Part shown: positions 51,285 through 61,033 of the stretch, one piece after another
Position numbering within the stretch: the first letter of the stretch is position 1
Layout: the number at the start of each line of letters is the position of its first letter
DNA from: Verrucomicrobiia bacterium
Lineage (GTDB): Bacteria; Verrucomicrobiota; Verrucomicrobiia; Limisphaerales; SXQI01
Direction: 5' to 3'
DNA length: 64,000 bases
NCBI GenBank assembly: GCA_036383895.1
Contig: DASVNK010000030.1
Location: 116,490 to 180,489 of the forward strand
Notes under the pieces: generated by a model
The model's input: only the letters and a program-made list of their open reading frames with translations
Told to the model about the DNA's origin: nothing
The model's database searches: none
Translations under genes and position numbers: made by a program

Positions 51285-54200
51285 TTACGCGAACAAACTC
51301 TGTATCTCTTCCCACGTAAGATTGTTCGCCATCTGCTCCTCCCCGCTCAACGTTGATTGGATCAACTCGCGCTTTTTGTTCTGCAAATTCAGGATTTTTT
51401 CTTCCACCGTTCCGCGCGTAATCAGCTTATAGCTCGTCACCACGCGCGTTTGCCCGATCCGGTGTGCGCGATCCGTCGCCTGTGCTTCCACCGCCGGATT
51501 CCACCACGGATCAAAATGAATCACCGTATCCGCCGCTGTTAAGTTCAGTCCCACGCCACCGGCCTTCAAACTGATCAGGAAAACAGGAATGTTCGCCTTG
51601 CTCTGAAATTCCTGCACCACCTTCGCCCGATCCTGCGTGCTCCCATCCAAATAGCTGAACTCAATGCTCTCGCTCCTCAAATGCTCCTTCAGCAGCGCGA
51701 GCATCTCCGTAAACTGGCTGAACACCAGCACGCGATGCCCGCCATCGATCACCTCCTGCAACAACTCGCCAAACAGCTCCACCTTTCCCGAATTCGCCTC
51801 GCTTGCGCGCTCCAGTTTCAGCAAGCGCAAATCGCAGCACACCTGCCGCAGCCGCAACAGCGCAGTCAAAATCACCATTCTGCTCTTCTGGATTCCTTGG
51901 TGCCCCACCGCGGTTGAAATCTCCTGCCGGCTGCTCTCCAGCAATTGTTGATACACCTCCTGCTGCTCCGCTGTTAATTCGCAGAACGACACCTGTTCCA
52001 ATTTCTCCGGAAGATCCTTCGCAACCTCCGTCTTCAATCGCCGCAGTAGAAACGGCCGAATCCTCCGCGCCAGCCGCGCCTTCGCCTCAGCATTATTCTC
52101 TCGCGCAATCGGCGCTTCATACCTCTCCTTGAAATCCGTCGCTGAACCCAAATAACCCGGCATCAAAAAATCGAAAATCGACCACAGATCCAGCACTGAG
52201 TTCTCAATCGGCGTTCCCGTCAACACCAGGCGGTTTCTCGCCCGAATCGATTTCACCGCCTGCGCGTTTTGTGTCTGTCGATTCTTAATATGCTGCGCCT
52301 CATCCAGTGCGACCGTGTCGAACTCAATCCCGCGATAAACATCCGCATCTCGCCGAATGAGCGCATAACTCGTCACCACCAAATCGGCCTTCTCAATCTC
52401 CGAAAACAACTCCGCGCGCTTCGGCCCATGGAGCGCAATCACCTTCAACTCCGGCGTAAACTTCGCAGCTTCCGCCACCCAGTTAAAAACCAGCGAGGTC
52501 GGGCATACAATCAGCGACGGCAATGTTTCGTTTCGTCGCTCAACAACATATTTTAAGAACGCGAGCGTCTGTAGCGTTTTGCCCAAACCCATTTCATCCG
52601 CGAGGATTCCGCCAAACCGATTCCGCCTCAGAAAATCCAGCCATCCCACGCCATGTTTCTGATACGGACGCAGAACATCTTCCAGGTTCCCCAGCGGCGG
52701 CACTTCAAACTTCGCCTCGCCGCTATGCTGCTGTGCCTTCGCGCGCCATTCCTGCGGTGCTTTGACCTGCCATGATTTATTTTCCGCGAGCGCAGCCGAC
52801 AAAAATCCCGCCTGCTGGTTGGCAATCCGATATCCATTCGCGTGCTGCTCCGGCGCACAATCGAGCAACACTTCCTGCAACTCCTCCACCGCGCCGGTAT
52901 CGATGATCGCGAATTTCCCGTTCGGCAGGCGCGTGTGACTCTGCCCCGACCGAATCAACCGCTGGATTTCCGCGGTCGAAAATTTCTGACCTGAGCCGCT
53001 CTTGTACGCTACATCCACATCGAACCACTGCTGCCCGGACGGCGTCACTTCGAAGCTCGGTTCGATCCGTTCCAGGTTCTTCGCTGTGCTCTTCTCCAGC
53101 CGTTCCTCCAGAACCACCTTCCATTCGCGCTCCAGCTTGTGGTAATCGCGCGCGAAAAAGTTCAGCACCGAACTCTGTCCCGCGAGTTGCAGCACGCCTT
53201 CCTCGTGCGGTCCGGTGAATCCCGCCCTTTGTAATTTCCCAAGCGCAGCCTGTTCGACCGCCAAATCCCGCGTCCCATACCGCGTCGCGCTGCTCGGGTC
53301 GGGCATCCACACCGACTCCTTGGCCGACGCTGTCCCAGCCGTGATCCGCTTGCCGCCGTAATCGAAATGCAATTTTCCCTCCAGGTGTGCAATTCCTCCC
53401 GCGAGTTCCAGCACCACGCGCGGCGAGGCCGTCACCAACTCGAATTGCTCCATCGCGAAATTCGCTTCCACTTCGCACGTCGTTTGCAACCGCGGCCAAT
53501 CCTGGCTGAGGAACAGTGGGATATCTTTCCGCTCGATCCGAACTTCTCCCGCGAGCAACTCCTTCGCCGCGCTCGGCAGAAAAATCGGTTGAAACTCCTT
53601 CCCGTCAAAAATCCATGATTCCTCCGCTCCGCGAATCACCGCTGACGAGTCGAGCTTTTGTCTCACCTTCAAAGCAATTGCTCCGGTTTTCTCCAGCGAC
53701 GCCGCCAACTTCATCCGCACCGCTTCACCGGAAACCGAAATCGCATTTGTCTTTCCCAACGTTACTCGCGGATGTCCCACGGAAGCCCGCAGCACCTTCA
53801 CCAGTTCATCCGGCCCTGCCATGAACATCCCCGGCGTATCGCCTGCCGCACCTTCCAACGCGTCGAGCAACCGCGTATCTTCCTCACTGAACGCAAACGT
53901 CTCTCCATCCGCCAACACGTTCAGCGGCGTCCGCCCCTTTGCCCAGATCGCCTCCGCGTAAAGCATCACCTTCCCCTTCGCCAGAGCCTGCGAAAAATTC
54001 GGCGGGAACACCAAAGCGATCTCCGCCTCGCGACCTTCCGCTGATCGTTTGATCCGCTTGAACGTCTTTTCCACGCGCATCGCGTTCCCTGGAGCAGAAC
54101 TCTTTGTCTTTTCCTTTTCCGCGTTGGCCTGCGTTCCGCCCGTGGCCTGCTGCACATGGTGCAAACCCACCGCAATCGAATGAACACACATCGCCCCCCA

Positions 54201-54440
54201 GCTCCGGGCCGTCCGGCAGGTGCACAAATTGTCGATATTGATCGTGTCCTTGATCACCAACCCGGCCCGATACGAAGTCGTCCCTTCTTGAACCACCCCT
54301 TTTAAAACCGGCGACGTCCAGTTCGATGACAGCACCCGTTCACCAGCAAGCACCCCGCGCGCCTGTTTCAACACGTCCCAACCCGCGATCTTGGCGAGAA
54401 ACTGTTCACTCAATTCGACCTTATCTGCCACTGCGCTCAC
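51285..54440 (-). CDS. SNF2-family helicase with N-terminal SWIM zinc finger
   Basis: SWIM CTCRTARSWGAMCVHS. Helicase motif I ILADEMGLGKT, motif II LDEAQHIKN, C-terminal HELICc (VFLISLKAGGVGLNLTAADTVIHFDPWWNPAVEAQATDRAHRIGQ). The start is uncertain: AGGAGG abuts the GTG at 54440, so the in-frame GTG at 54431 (9-nt spacing) is more likely. Confidence 0.9.
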   Translation of the reverse strand: MSAVADKVELSEQFLAKIAGWDVLKQARGVLAGERVLSSNWTSPVLKGVVQEGTTSYRAGLVIKDTINIDNLCTCRTARSWGAMCVHSIAVGLHHVQQATGGTQANAEKEKTKSSAPGNAMRVEKTFKRIKRSAEGREAEIALVFPPNFSQALAKGKVMLYAEAIWAKGRTPLNVLADGETFAFSEEDTRLLDALEGAAGDTPGMFMAGPDELVKVLRASVGHPRVTLGKTNAISVSGEAVRMKLAASLEKTGAIALKVRQKLDSSAVIRGAEESWIFDGKEFQPIFLPSAAKELLAGEVRIERKDIPLFLSQDWPRLQTTCEVEANFAMEQFELVTASPRVVLELAGGIAHLEGKLHFDYGGKRITAGTASAKESVWMPDPSSATRYGTRDLAVEQAALGKLQRAGFTGPHEEGVLQLAGQSSVLNFFARDYHKLEREWKVVLEERLEKSTAKNLERIEPSFEVTPSGQQWFDVDVAYKSGSGQKFSTAEIQRLIRSGQSHTRLPNGKFAIIDTGAVEELQEVLLDCAPEQHANGYRIANQQAGFLSAALAENKSWQVKAPQEWRAKAQQHSGEAKFEVPPLGNLEDVLRPYQKHGVGWLDFLRRNRFGGILADEMGLGKTLQTLAFLKYVVERRNETLPSLIVCPTSLVFNWVAEAAKFTPELKVIALHGPKRAELFSEIEKADLVVTSYALIRRDADVYRGIEFDTVALDEAQHIKNRQTQNAQAVKSIRARNRLVLTGTPIENSVLDLWSIFDFLMPGYLGSATDFKERYEAPIARENNAEAKARLARRIRPFLLRRLKTEVAKDLPEKLEQVSFCELTAEQQEVYQQLLESSRQEISTAVGHQGIQKSRMVILTALLRLRQVCCDLRLLKLERASEANSGKVELFGELLQEVIDGGHRVLVFSQFTEMLALLKEHLRSESIEFSYLDGSTQDRAKVVQEFQSKANIPVFLISLKAGGVGLNLTAADTVIHFDPWWNPAVEAQATDRAHRIGQTRVVTSYKLITRGTVEEKILNLQNKKRELIQSTLSGEEQMANNLTWEEIQSLFA

Positions 54441-54454
54441 CCTCCTTTAACCGG

Positions 54455-54486
54455 ATAAAAACACAATAAAACACAATCAAACACGA
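54455..54486 (+). repeat. phased AAACACA array D (3 units, 10-nt spacing)
   Basis: ATAAAAACACAAT AAAACACAAT CAAACACGAT. CACA cores at 54462, 54472 and 54482. Lies in the divergent region between the SNF2 gene and the Calx-beta gene. Confidence 0.7.
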
Positions 54487-54688
54487 TAACGTTAACCGCT
54501 AAAGAATGCGTAAAGTATTCGAGAACAAGAACATGCGTCAAAATTCTCTTTAGATTCGTTTTTCCGCTGTAAGTCAATTGCCTACAGGCCCTTAGTCCCG
54601 CCGTACGACGAACCCTTAGTCATCAGGCTGTTGCTTCTTGCAGGTGGTGCGATCCTACCCCGCGCTTATCCTTCTCCCAGACAGAAAG

Positions 54689-55366
54689 ATGAAGCCCATG
54701 CTCTGCACCACCCGCTCCCAATCGGCCTTCCTTCTCGCACTGATCCTGGCACTCATTTTCGTTTCCGCATCCTTTGCGGCCGGGGATGTTAAAATCTTCG
54801 GCTACGAAACACCCGCTTACGTCGACATCGACCGCTCCGAATATCGGGTCAACGAAGCAGACGGCACCGTATCCATCATCCTCGTCCGCTCGGGCGACTT
54901 CCGCCAAACCACCACTGTCGATTACCAGACGATGGAACTCGAAGCCAGCGAAGGCCAGGATTACAAAGCCACCGGCGGCACGATCACTTTCCGCCCGGGC
55001 GAGGGCTTCAAACAAATCGTCCTGCAAATCATCGCCGACGATGCAGCGGAGCCTTCCGAATCCTTCAATTTCGAACTTACCGGCGGCGGACCAAACACCG
55101 TCCTTGGCCGAGCCTGGACTACGGTGTGGATCGAAGACGCACCGCGTGCTCCAAGTCAGCCAAATATCGAAATCGCCTCTGCTGCGAATGGGCAAATCCT
55201 CCTTTCCTGGGAATCAGACCGCGCCTGCGGCCTCGAACGTTCCGCCAATCCAGCCGGTGGCTCATGGGAACCAGTCCCCTGCAATCCCGTCGCCGAAGGA
55301 AATCGCTTTCAGGTCTCTCAACCTCTCGGCGGCACGCTTTACTTCTACCGCCTCCGAGCAGAGTAG
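54689..55366 (+). CDS. secreted Calx-beta domain protein
   Basis: The ATG at 54689 gives the signal peptide MKPMLCTTRSQSAFLLALILALIFVSASFA. YRVNEADGTVSIILVRSGDFRQTTTVDYQTMELEASEGQDYKATGGTITFRPGEGFKQIVLQIIADDAAEPSESFNFEL is a Calx-beta motif. C-terminal ~70 aa end in LYFYRLRAE. Confidence 0.7.
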   Translation: MKPMLCTTRSQSAFLLALILALIFVSASFAAGDVKIFGYETPAYVDIDRSEYRVNEADGTVSIILVRSGDFRQTTTVDYQTMELEASEGQDYKATGGTITFRPGEGFKQIVLQIIADDAAEPSESFNFELTGGGPNTVLGRAWTTVWIEDAPRAPSQPNIEIASAANGQILLSWESDRACGLERSANPAGGSWEPVPCNPVAEGNRFQVSQPLGGTLYFYRLRAE

Positions 55367-55371
55367 GGGAC

Positions 55372-56478
55372 TTACGCCGGCTTTCCGCCGCGCGCCTGTT
55401 CTTCCAGCCAATCGCATGCGATCGGCAAAATCCTGCTCCAATGAAACGTCTTCGCTCGTTCCCAAGCCGCAAGCCTCAGCCGATCGTACATACCTGCCTC
55501 CGTCACTAGCTCCCGAATCCTCGCTGCCAATAGTTCTGGGGTTTCCCCACGCGCCACCACCCCCGTCTCGTTATCCAGTGTGGATTCCCGCAAACCAGCT
55601 ACCGGATACACCGCCGCCGGCGTCCCCATCGCATTCGCCTCGATTACATTCAGTCCCCAACCTTCCCGCTGCGACGTGTGCAAAAGCAAATGACTATCGC
55701 GTAGCAATGCGTCCTTCTCCGCCTCCTTCAACGCACCAACAAATTCCACCTGCTCCTGTAACCCACACTCCGCCACCACTCCCCGCAACACATTCTCAAT
55801 CTCGCCCACGCCCACAATTCGCATCCGCGCTTCAGTCCCCAATTTCTTCAACTCCGCCACAGTCCGAATCGAATGATCAATCCGCTTGTTCGGCGCCAAT
55901 CGTGAAACCACGACCAGCTTTAACGGTTGCACCAGTGTCTTTTCCTCCAGCGTGGGCAAGGCCACCGTATGCACCCCGTAGCGAATGATATCGACCCGCT
56001 TCACTCCATGCGCCAGCAACTGGTCCCGTGTCGATTCGCATGCCGTCCAAAAAGTCACGTTCCGGTAGAGCCAGTGAGTCCATCGCTCTTGAGTCTTCCC
56101 AATCGTGTTCCAGGGAAATTGGTAAAAGGCGTCCCAAATCGGCCCCAGCACCTCGTGAATGTAAGCCACGCAATTCGTCCCGCACCACCAAGGGGCATAC
56201 CACGGAATTCCGTGATGCTGATCAATCACCAGATCAAACCGCGCCTGCTTCCGATACCATTTCCGCGCTTCCAAAATTGAAGTTCCCTTCCCACCTCCCC
56301 GCAGAATCTTAATCCCCTCAATTGTCGTTTCCGGCGCGCAACCCTCAAACGCGTTCGCGAACCAATAAACCTCGTGCCCCCGTTCCGCGAGCGCTGCCAA
56401 ATACCCGCGCGTCACCCGTTCCGCCCCGCCCGCGAGCGGGTTCTCCGGATCACGCCAGTTCAGCATCAAAAAACGCAC
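55372..56478 (-). CDS. GT4 (GT-B) glycosyltransferase
   Basis: MRFLMLNWRDPENPLAGGAERV N-terminus and C-terminal LLLHTSQREGWGLNVIEANAMGTPAAV (E-x7-E region) are typical of retaining GT4 enzymes. Confidence 0.85.
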   Translation of the reverse strand: MRFLMLNWRDPENPLAGGAERVTRGYLAALAERGHEVYWFANAFEGCAPETTIEGIKILRGGGKGTSILEARKWYRKQARFDLVIDQHHGIPWYAPWWCGTNCVAYIHEVLGPIWDAFYQFPWNTIGKTQERWTHWLYRNVTFWTACESTRDQLLAHGVKRVDIIRYGVHTVALPTLEEKTLVQPLKLVVVSRLAPNKRIDHSIRTVAELKKLGTEARMRIVGVGEIENVLRGVVAECGLQEQVEFVGALKEAEKDALLRDSHLLLHTSQREGWGLNVIEANAMGTPAAVYPVAGLRESTLDNETGVVARGETPELLAARIRELVTEAGMYDRLRLAAWERAKTFHWSRILPIACDWLEEQARGGKPA

Positions 56479-56592
56479 TCGCCGGTTTATCCTTCACCCC
56501 TTCGCGAGATGCAATCTTCCTTCGCTCGCATCCGAAGGACTGTGAACGACTCGAGTCGGGTAAACCCTGAGCATTTCTGACGGCTGTGGCTT

Positions 56593-56625
56593 TTTTTGAG
56601 CAGGGATTTCGTTCATGCTCAAAAA
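56593..56625. promoter_or_regulatory. 10-bp perfect inverted repeat, candidate enhancer-binding-protein site
   Basis: TTTTTGAGCA (56593-56602), 13-nt spacer, TGCTCAAAAA (56616-56625). Lies about 90-120 nt upstream of the sigma-54 -24 element. Confidence 0.3.
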
Positions 56626-56661
56626 GAGCCATTTTCATTTGACCTTCTCCGGCTGGTGTAA

Positions 56662-57159
<498 letters not shown>

Positions 57160-57178
57160 CCCTCAAAACCAAACCCAA

Positions 57179-58648
57179 ATGAAAAAACTCCTTTTTACAT
57201 TTTTGTTGCTCTGCAGCTTCACCGCCGTCCTCGCGGCGGAAGAAGTAAAAGCATCCGTTCCCACAGATGCTGCGGCGCCGGTCGCGGCGGCCGTGGCTGA
57301 TGAATTAAAAGATCCCGATCTCGCGGCGCGCGTTGCTGAAATCGAAGCATATTTGAACAACACCGCGCGTCCGAGTGGCGAAGCGAAAGTGAAGAGCAAC
57401 ATTGGCGGTCCTGGTCCCGGCCACAACGCCTGGCAGATGGTGTCGACTGCGTTGGTGCTTTTCATGACTCTTCCTGGCCTCGCACTTTTCTACGGCGGAT
57501 TAGTTCGTCGGAAAAACGTTCTCTCAGTCTTGGCACAGTGCCTTGGCATTGCCGGGATGGTCACAATTCTCTGGTGGGTTTGTGGTTACAGCCTCTCGTT
57601 TAGCGGCGGAAATGCCTTTATCGGCGATTTCGCAGCAGCGTTCTTCAAAGGTATTGAACCTGGTAAAGTCGGCGCTGGCTACCACTGGATTAGCGACAGC
57701 ATGTGGGCCATGTTCCAGCTCACCTTCGCGATCATCACTCCAGCCCTGATCATCGGCGCGATCGCGGAGCGTATGAAATTCTCCGCAGTGCTGCTTTTTG
57801 TGGCTCTCTGGATGTTCGCTGTTTACTTCCCGCTCGCGCACATGGTCTGGGCGACAAACGGTTTCATGTGCGGCGCGTTGAATCCTGAGGCGGGCATCAA
57901 AGCATTGGATTTCGCCGGTGGAACCGTCGTTCACATGAGTTCCGGTTGGAGTGCGCTGGTGCTCTGCTTGATTCTCGGTAAGCGTCTCGGCTTCGGCAAA
58001 GAGCCTATGCCTCCGCACAGCATGGTGCTATGTATGGTCGGCACGGGAATGCTCTGGGTGGGTTGGTATGGTTTCAACGCCGGCTCGGCACTAGGCGCTG
58101 ATGCAATCGCTTCGAATGCTTTCGCAACGACAACTCTGGCGGCTGCAACGGCTGGTTTTGTGTGGGGCTGCATCGAATGGATCTCCCGCGGCAAACCAAG
58201 CGTGCTGGGCTTCTGCTCCGGCATCGTCGGCGGCCTGGTTGTCATTACTCCTGCAGCTGGCTTCGTGAACACGACCGGCGCGATGATCATTGGCGTCCTT
58301 GCTGGTGCGATTCCTTACTTCGCAGTTGCCAAGATGAAAGCGATGTTCGGCTACGACGACGCATTGGATACCTTCGGCATCCACGGCGTGGGCGGAACGC
58401 TCGGCGCAATCCTCACTGGCATCCTCGCGGATCCGGCGGTGAACTCAGTCATCACTCCTGAGCTGAAAAGCCAGCTTCTCGGCGCTCAGATCAAAGCGAT
58501 CCTCGTGACGATGGTCCTCTCGATTGTCGGCACCGCCGTGATCGCCCTAGTGGTGAAAGCAGTCCTCGGACTCCGTCCGGAGGAAGAAGCCGAAACGATC
58601 GGCCTGGATCTCGTCGAACACGGCGAAGAGGCTTATCACGGCGCTTAA
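57179..58648 (+). CDS. amtB: ammonium transporter (Amt family)
   Basis: Signal peptide, then Amt signatures: AWQMVSTALVLFMTLPGLALFYGGLVR, DFAGGTVVHMSSGWSALV, WYGFNAGSA, HGVGGTLGAILTGI. Confidence 0.95.
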   Translation: MKKLLFTFLLLCSFTAVLAAEEVKASVPTDAAAPVAAAVADELKDPDLAARVAEIEAYLNNTARPSGEAKVKSNIGGPGPGHNAWQMVSTALVLFMTLPGLALFYGGLVRRKNVLSVLAQCLGIAGMVTILWWVCGYSLSFSGGNAFIGDFAAAFFKGIEPGKVGAGYHWISDSMWAMFQLTFAIITPALIIGAIAERMKFSAVLLFVALWMFAVYFPLAHMVWATNGFMCGALNPEAGIKALDFAGGTVVHMSSGWSALVLCLILGKRLGFGKEPMPPHSMVLCMVGTGMLWVGWYGFNAGSALGADAIASNAFATTTLAAATAGFVWGCIEWISRGKPSVLGFCSGIVGGLVVITPAAGFVNTTGAMIIGVLAGAIPYFAVAKMKAMFGYDDALDTFGIHGVGGTLGAILTGILADPAVNSVITPELKSQLLGAQIKAILVTMVLSIVGTAVIALVVKAVLGLRPEEEAETIGLDLVEHGEEAYHGA

Positions 58649-58667
58649 CCATAAACCTCAACCTTTT

Positions 58668-58701
58668 CGAGGCTGCTCTCGCGCAAGCGGGAGCAGCTTC
58701 G
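58668..58701 (+). other. strong stem-loop with GNRA tetraloop between amtB and glnA
   Basis: GCTGCTCTCGC (58672-58682) pairs with GCGGGAGCAGC (58687-58697) with one G-U pair. The loop is GCAA. Three or four extra outer pairs are possible. No downstream T-run, so it is not a canonical intrinsic terminator. Confidence 0.5.
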
Positions 58702-58732
58702 TCTCAAACCAACAGTGAATCAGAAAAAAGAA

Positions 58733-60145
58733 ATGAGCACACCGAAGAGCGTTATAGATAACGCCAAGAAACAGGGCGCCAAAATGGTCGACGTCAAGTT
58801 CGTCGACACATTCGGCACATGGCAGCACTTCAGCGTCCCCATCGCTGAGCTAACCGAAGATGTCTTCGAAGAAGGATTCGGTTTTGACGGATCATCCATC
58901 CGCGGCTGGAAGAGCATCGAAGCGAGCGACATGCTCGCCATGCCCGATCCGAAGACCGCGTTCATCGATCCGTTCTGCAACGTGCCCACGCTCAGCCTTA
59001 CCTGCACCATCGCGGAGACCGGCACCAAGGAAGCCTACAACCGCGACCCGCGCGGCATCGCGCAACGCGGCGAAAAATATCTCCAATCAACCGGCCTAGC
59101 GGACACCGCGGTCTTCGGCCCGGAAGCGGAGTTCTTCATCTTCGACAACGTGCAGTACGACCACAAAGCGAACGGCACGTTCTACAGCATCGATTCGGAA
59201 GAAGGCATCTGGAATAGCGGTCGCGATGAAATGCCGAACCTCGGTTACAAGATTCGCTACAAGGAAGGTTACTTCCCGGTCGCGCCTACCGATACGCAGC
59301 AGGACATCCGCACCGAAATGACGCTGGTCATGGAACAGCTCGGCATTCGCGTCGAGCGCCAGCATCACGAAGTCGCCACCGCCGGCCAGGCGGAAATCGA
59401 TTTCCGTTTCGATACGCTCGTGAAAACCGCCGACACGATGATGCTCTACAAATACATCATCAAAAACGTCGCGCGGAAGCATGGTAAAACCGTGACCTTC
59501 ATGCCGAAGCCCCTCTTCGGCGACAACGGTTCCGGCATGCACACGCATCAATCGCTCTGGAAGAAGGGCAAGCCGCTCTTCGCCGGCAACGAATACGCCG
59601 GTCTTTCACAAATGGCGCTGCATTACATCGGCGGCATTTTGAAACACGCCAAGGCGCTCTGCGCGATCTGCAATCCCACGACGAACTCCTACAAACGTCT
59701 CGTTCCTGGGTACGAAGCACCGGTGAATCTCGCTTACAGCGCGCGCAATCGTTCCGCTGCCATTCGCATCCCGATGTTCAGCGAAAATCCCAAAGCCAAG
59801 CGCATCGAGTATCGCCCGCCGGATCCGGCCGCCAATCCATATCTCTGCTACACCGCGTTGCTTATGGCCGGCCTCGACGGCGTCCTCAACAAAATTGATC
59901 CAGGCGAACCGATGGACAAAAACATCTACGAACTGCCGCCCGAAGAACTCAAAAAAGTTCCGAACGTGCCCGGCAGTCTCGGCGAAGCGCTCGACCATCT
60001 CGAGAAAGACAACGCCTTCCTCCTGAAGGGCGACGTCTTCACCAGCGACTTCCTCGAAATGTGGATCAGCCACAAACGCAAGGAACACGACGCACTCCGC
60101 CTGCGTCCGCATCCCTACGAATTCTTCCTCTACTACGACGTCTAG
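58733..60145 (+). CDS. glnA: glutamine synthetase type I
   Basis: [79 protein letters not shown] and the adenylylation-loop region NIYELP are the canonical GSI motifs. Confidence 0.95.
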   Translation: MSTPKSVIDNAKKQGAKMVDVKFVDTFGTWQHFSVPIAELTEDVFEEGFGFDGSSIRGWKSIEASDMLAMPDPKTAFIDPFCNVPTLSLTCTIAETGTKEAYNRDPRGIAQRGEKYLQSTGLADTAVFGPEAEFFIFDNVQYDHKANGTFYSIDSEEGIWNSGRDEMPNLGYKIRYKEGYFPVAPTDTQQDIRTEMTLVMEQLGIRVERQHHEVATAGQAEIDFRFDTLVKTADTMMLYKYIIKNVARKHGKTVTFMPKPLFGDNGSGMHTHQSLWKKGKPLFAGNEYAGLSQMALHYIGGILKHAKALCAICNPTTNSYKRLVPGYEAPVNLAYSARNRSAAIRIPMFSENPKAKRIEYRPPDPAANPYLCYTALLMAGLDGVLNKIDPGEPMDKNIYELPPEELKKVPNVPGSLGEALDHLEKDNAFLLKGDVFTSDFLEMWISHKRKEHDALRLRPHPYEFFLYYDV

Positions 60146-60180
60146 AACTGGGTCGGAGGAACCCCAACCAGATGCACACA

Positions 60181-60210
60181 CGGCGCGGCGCAAGTCGCGC
60201 CGTTTTTGTT
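60181..60210 (+). terminator. rho-independent terminator after glnA
   Basis: CGGCGCG (60181-60187), 8-nt loop, CGCGCCG (60196-60202), then TTTTTGTTT. Confidence 0.6.
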
Positions 60211-60271
60211 TACAAACATCCCGCCGCATTGGAATTGTCCCGCAACACCGGCTCGATCATAATACAGCGCG

Positions 60272-60808
60272 ATGAAAAAGAAGATACCAGTCGCGTTGCT
60301 GTGCGTACTGTATCTCATTTTCTTCGGCACGCTCGCATCCACTTTCAGCGACCTGCCGAACCGCGTGGCGACGCATTTCGCCGCGGACGGGCGGCCAAAT
60401 GGCTGGATGAGCCGGGAAACGCATCTCTTGTTTATGCTTGGTCTTGCGACTGGTTTGCCCGGGATTGTGGTCGGGCTCTGCTATGTGAGTCGTTTTCTCC
60501 CTGTCGACCTCCTAAATATTCCGCACCGCGGATATTGGACGGCACCAGAGCGGCGCAAATCCACCTATGACTTTCTTTTCAATCATTCATTTTGGTTTGC
60601 CTCCCTTGCGGTCGCCTTCGTGACCGGAATTCACCTCTCGATTCTCAACGCCAACACTAAAATTCCAGCCGAGCTGTCGATGGAGAACCTGCTGGTCGTT
60701 GCCGTTGGCTTCCTAGCGGGCATTTTGGTGTGGGCACTTACATTAATTCGTCACTTCAAAAATCCGCCAACTGCGAACACTCTTCACTTCAGCGCAAACG
60801 TTGGATGA
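60272..60808 (+). CDS. DUF1648-like membrane protein
   Basis: 178 aa with four hydrophobic spans. N-terminal LPNRVATHFAADGRPNGWMSRE matches the DUF1648 P..(I/V).THF...G.P(D/N)GW motif. Confidence 0.6.
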   Translation: MKKKIPVALLCVLYLIFFGTLASTFSDLPNRVATHFAADGRPNGWMSRETHLLFMLGLATGLPGIVVGLCYVSRFLPVDLLNIPHRGYWTAPERRKSTYDFLFNHSFWFASLAVAFVTGIHLSILNANTKIPAELSMENLLVVAVGFLAGILVWALTLIRHFKNPPTANTLHFSANVG

Positions 60809-61033
60809 AGCCGTGGAATAGGTACTGCGCTTTAAGGTTCCTCAGCAGAATTCCCGAGTCGCTTAGGCAAATTTCTGAACTCCTCCGCGCCAACTCATGA
60901 GCCGCAAACCGTGTGGCGGTCTGGGGCTGCGCTGCTATTCTGAAGTCGCCATGAATAACTGGGAGAACTCGGATTGGTTTAAGAACTGGGAACAGCTCGC
61001 GAATAACGCCGGCGGCACCCGCGGTTGAGCAGT

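Noticed and set aside
52777-53499. 240-aa minus-strand ORF inside the SNF2 gene
   Set aside because: It is on the same strand but out of frame with the SNF2 helicase. It is an R/G/A-rich alternative-frame artefact.
54774-55988. 404-aa P/S/A-rich ORF on the plus strand
   Set aside because: It runs out of frame through the Calx-beta gene and then antisense through the GT4 gene. The translation is low-complexity with no domain signature.
60897-61028. 43-aa Trp-rich small ORF (MSRKPCGGLGLRCYSEVAMNNWENSDWFKNWEQLANNAGGTRG), plus the antisense 82-aa ORF at 60789-61037
   Set aside because: Both lie in a convergent 3' intergenic region between the DUF1648 and ADH genes. There is no ribosome-binding site and no neighbouring maturation or export genes. 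The two ORFs overlap each other. This is insufficient evidence for a peptide gene.
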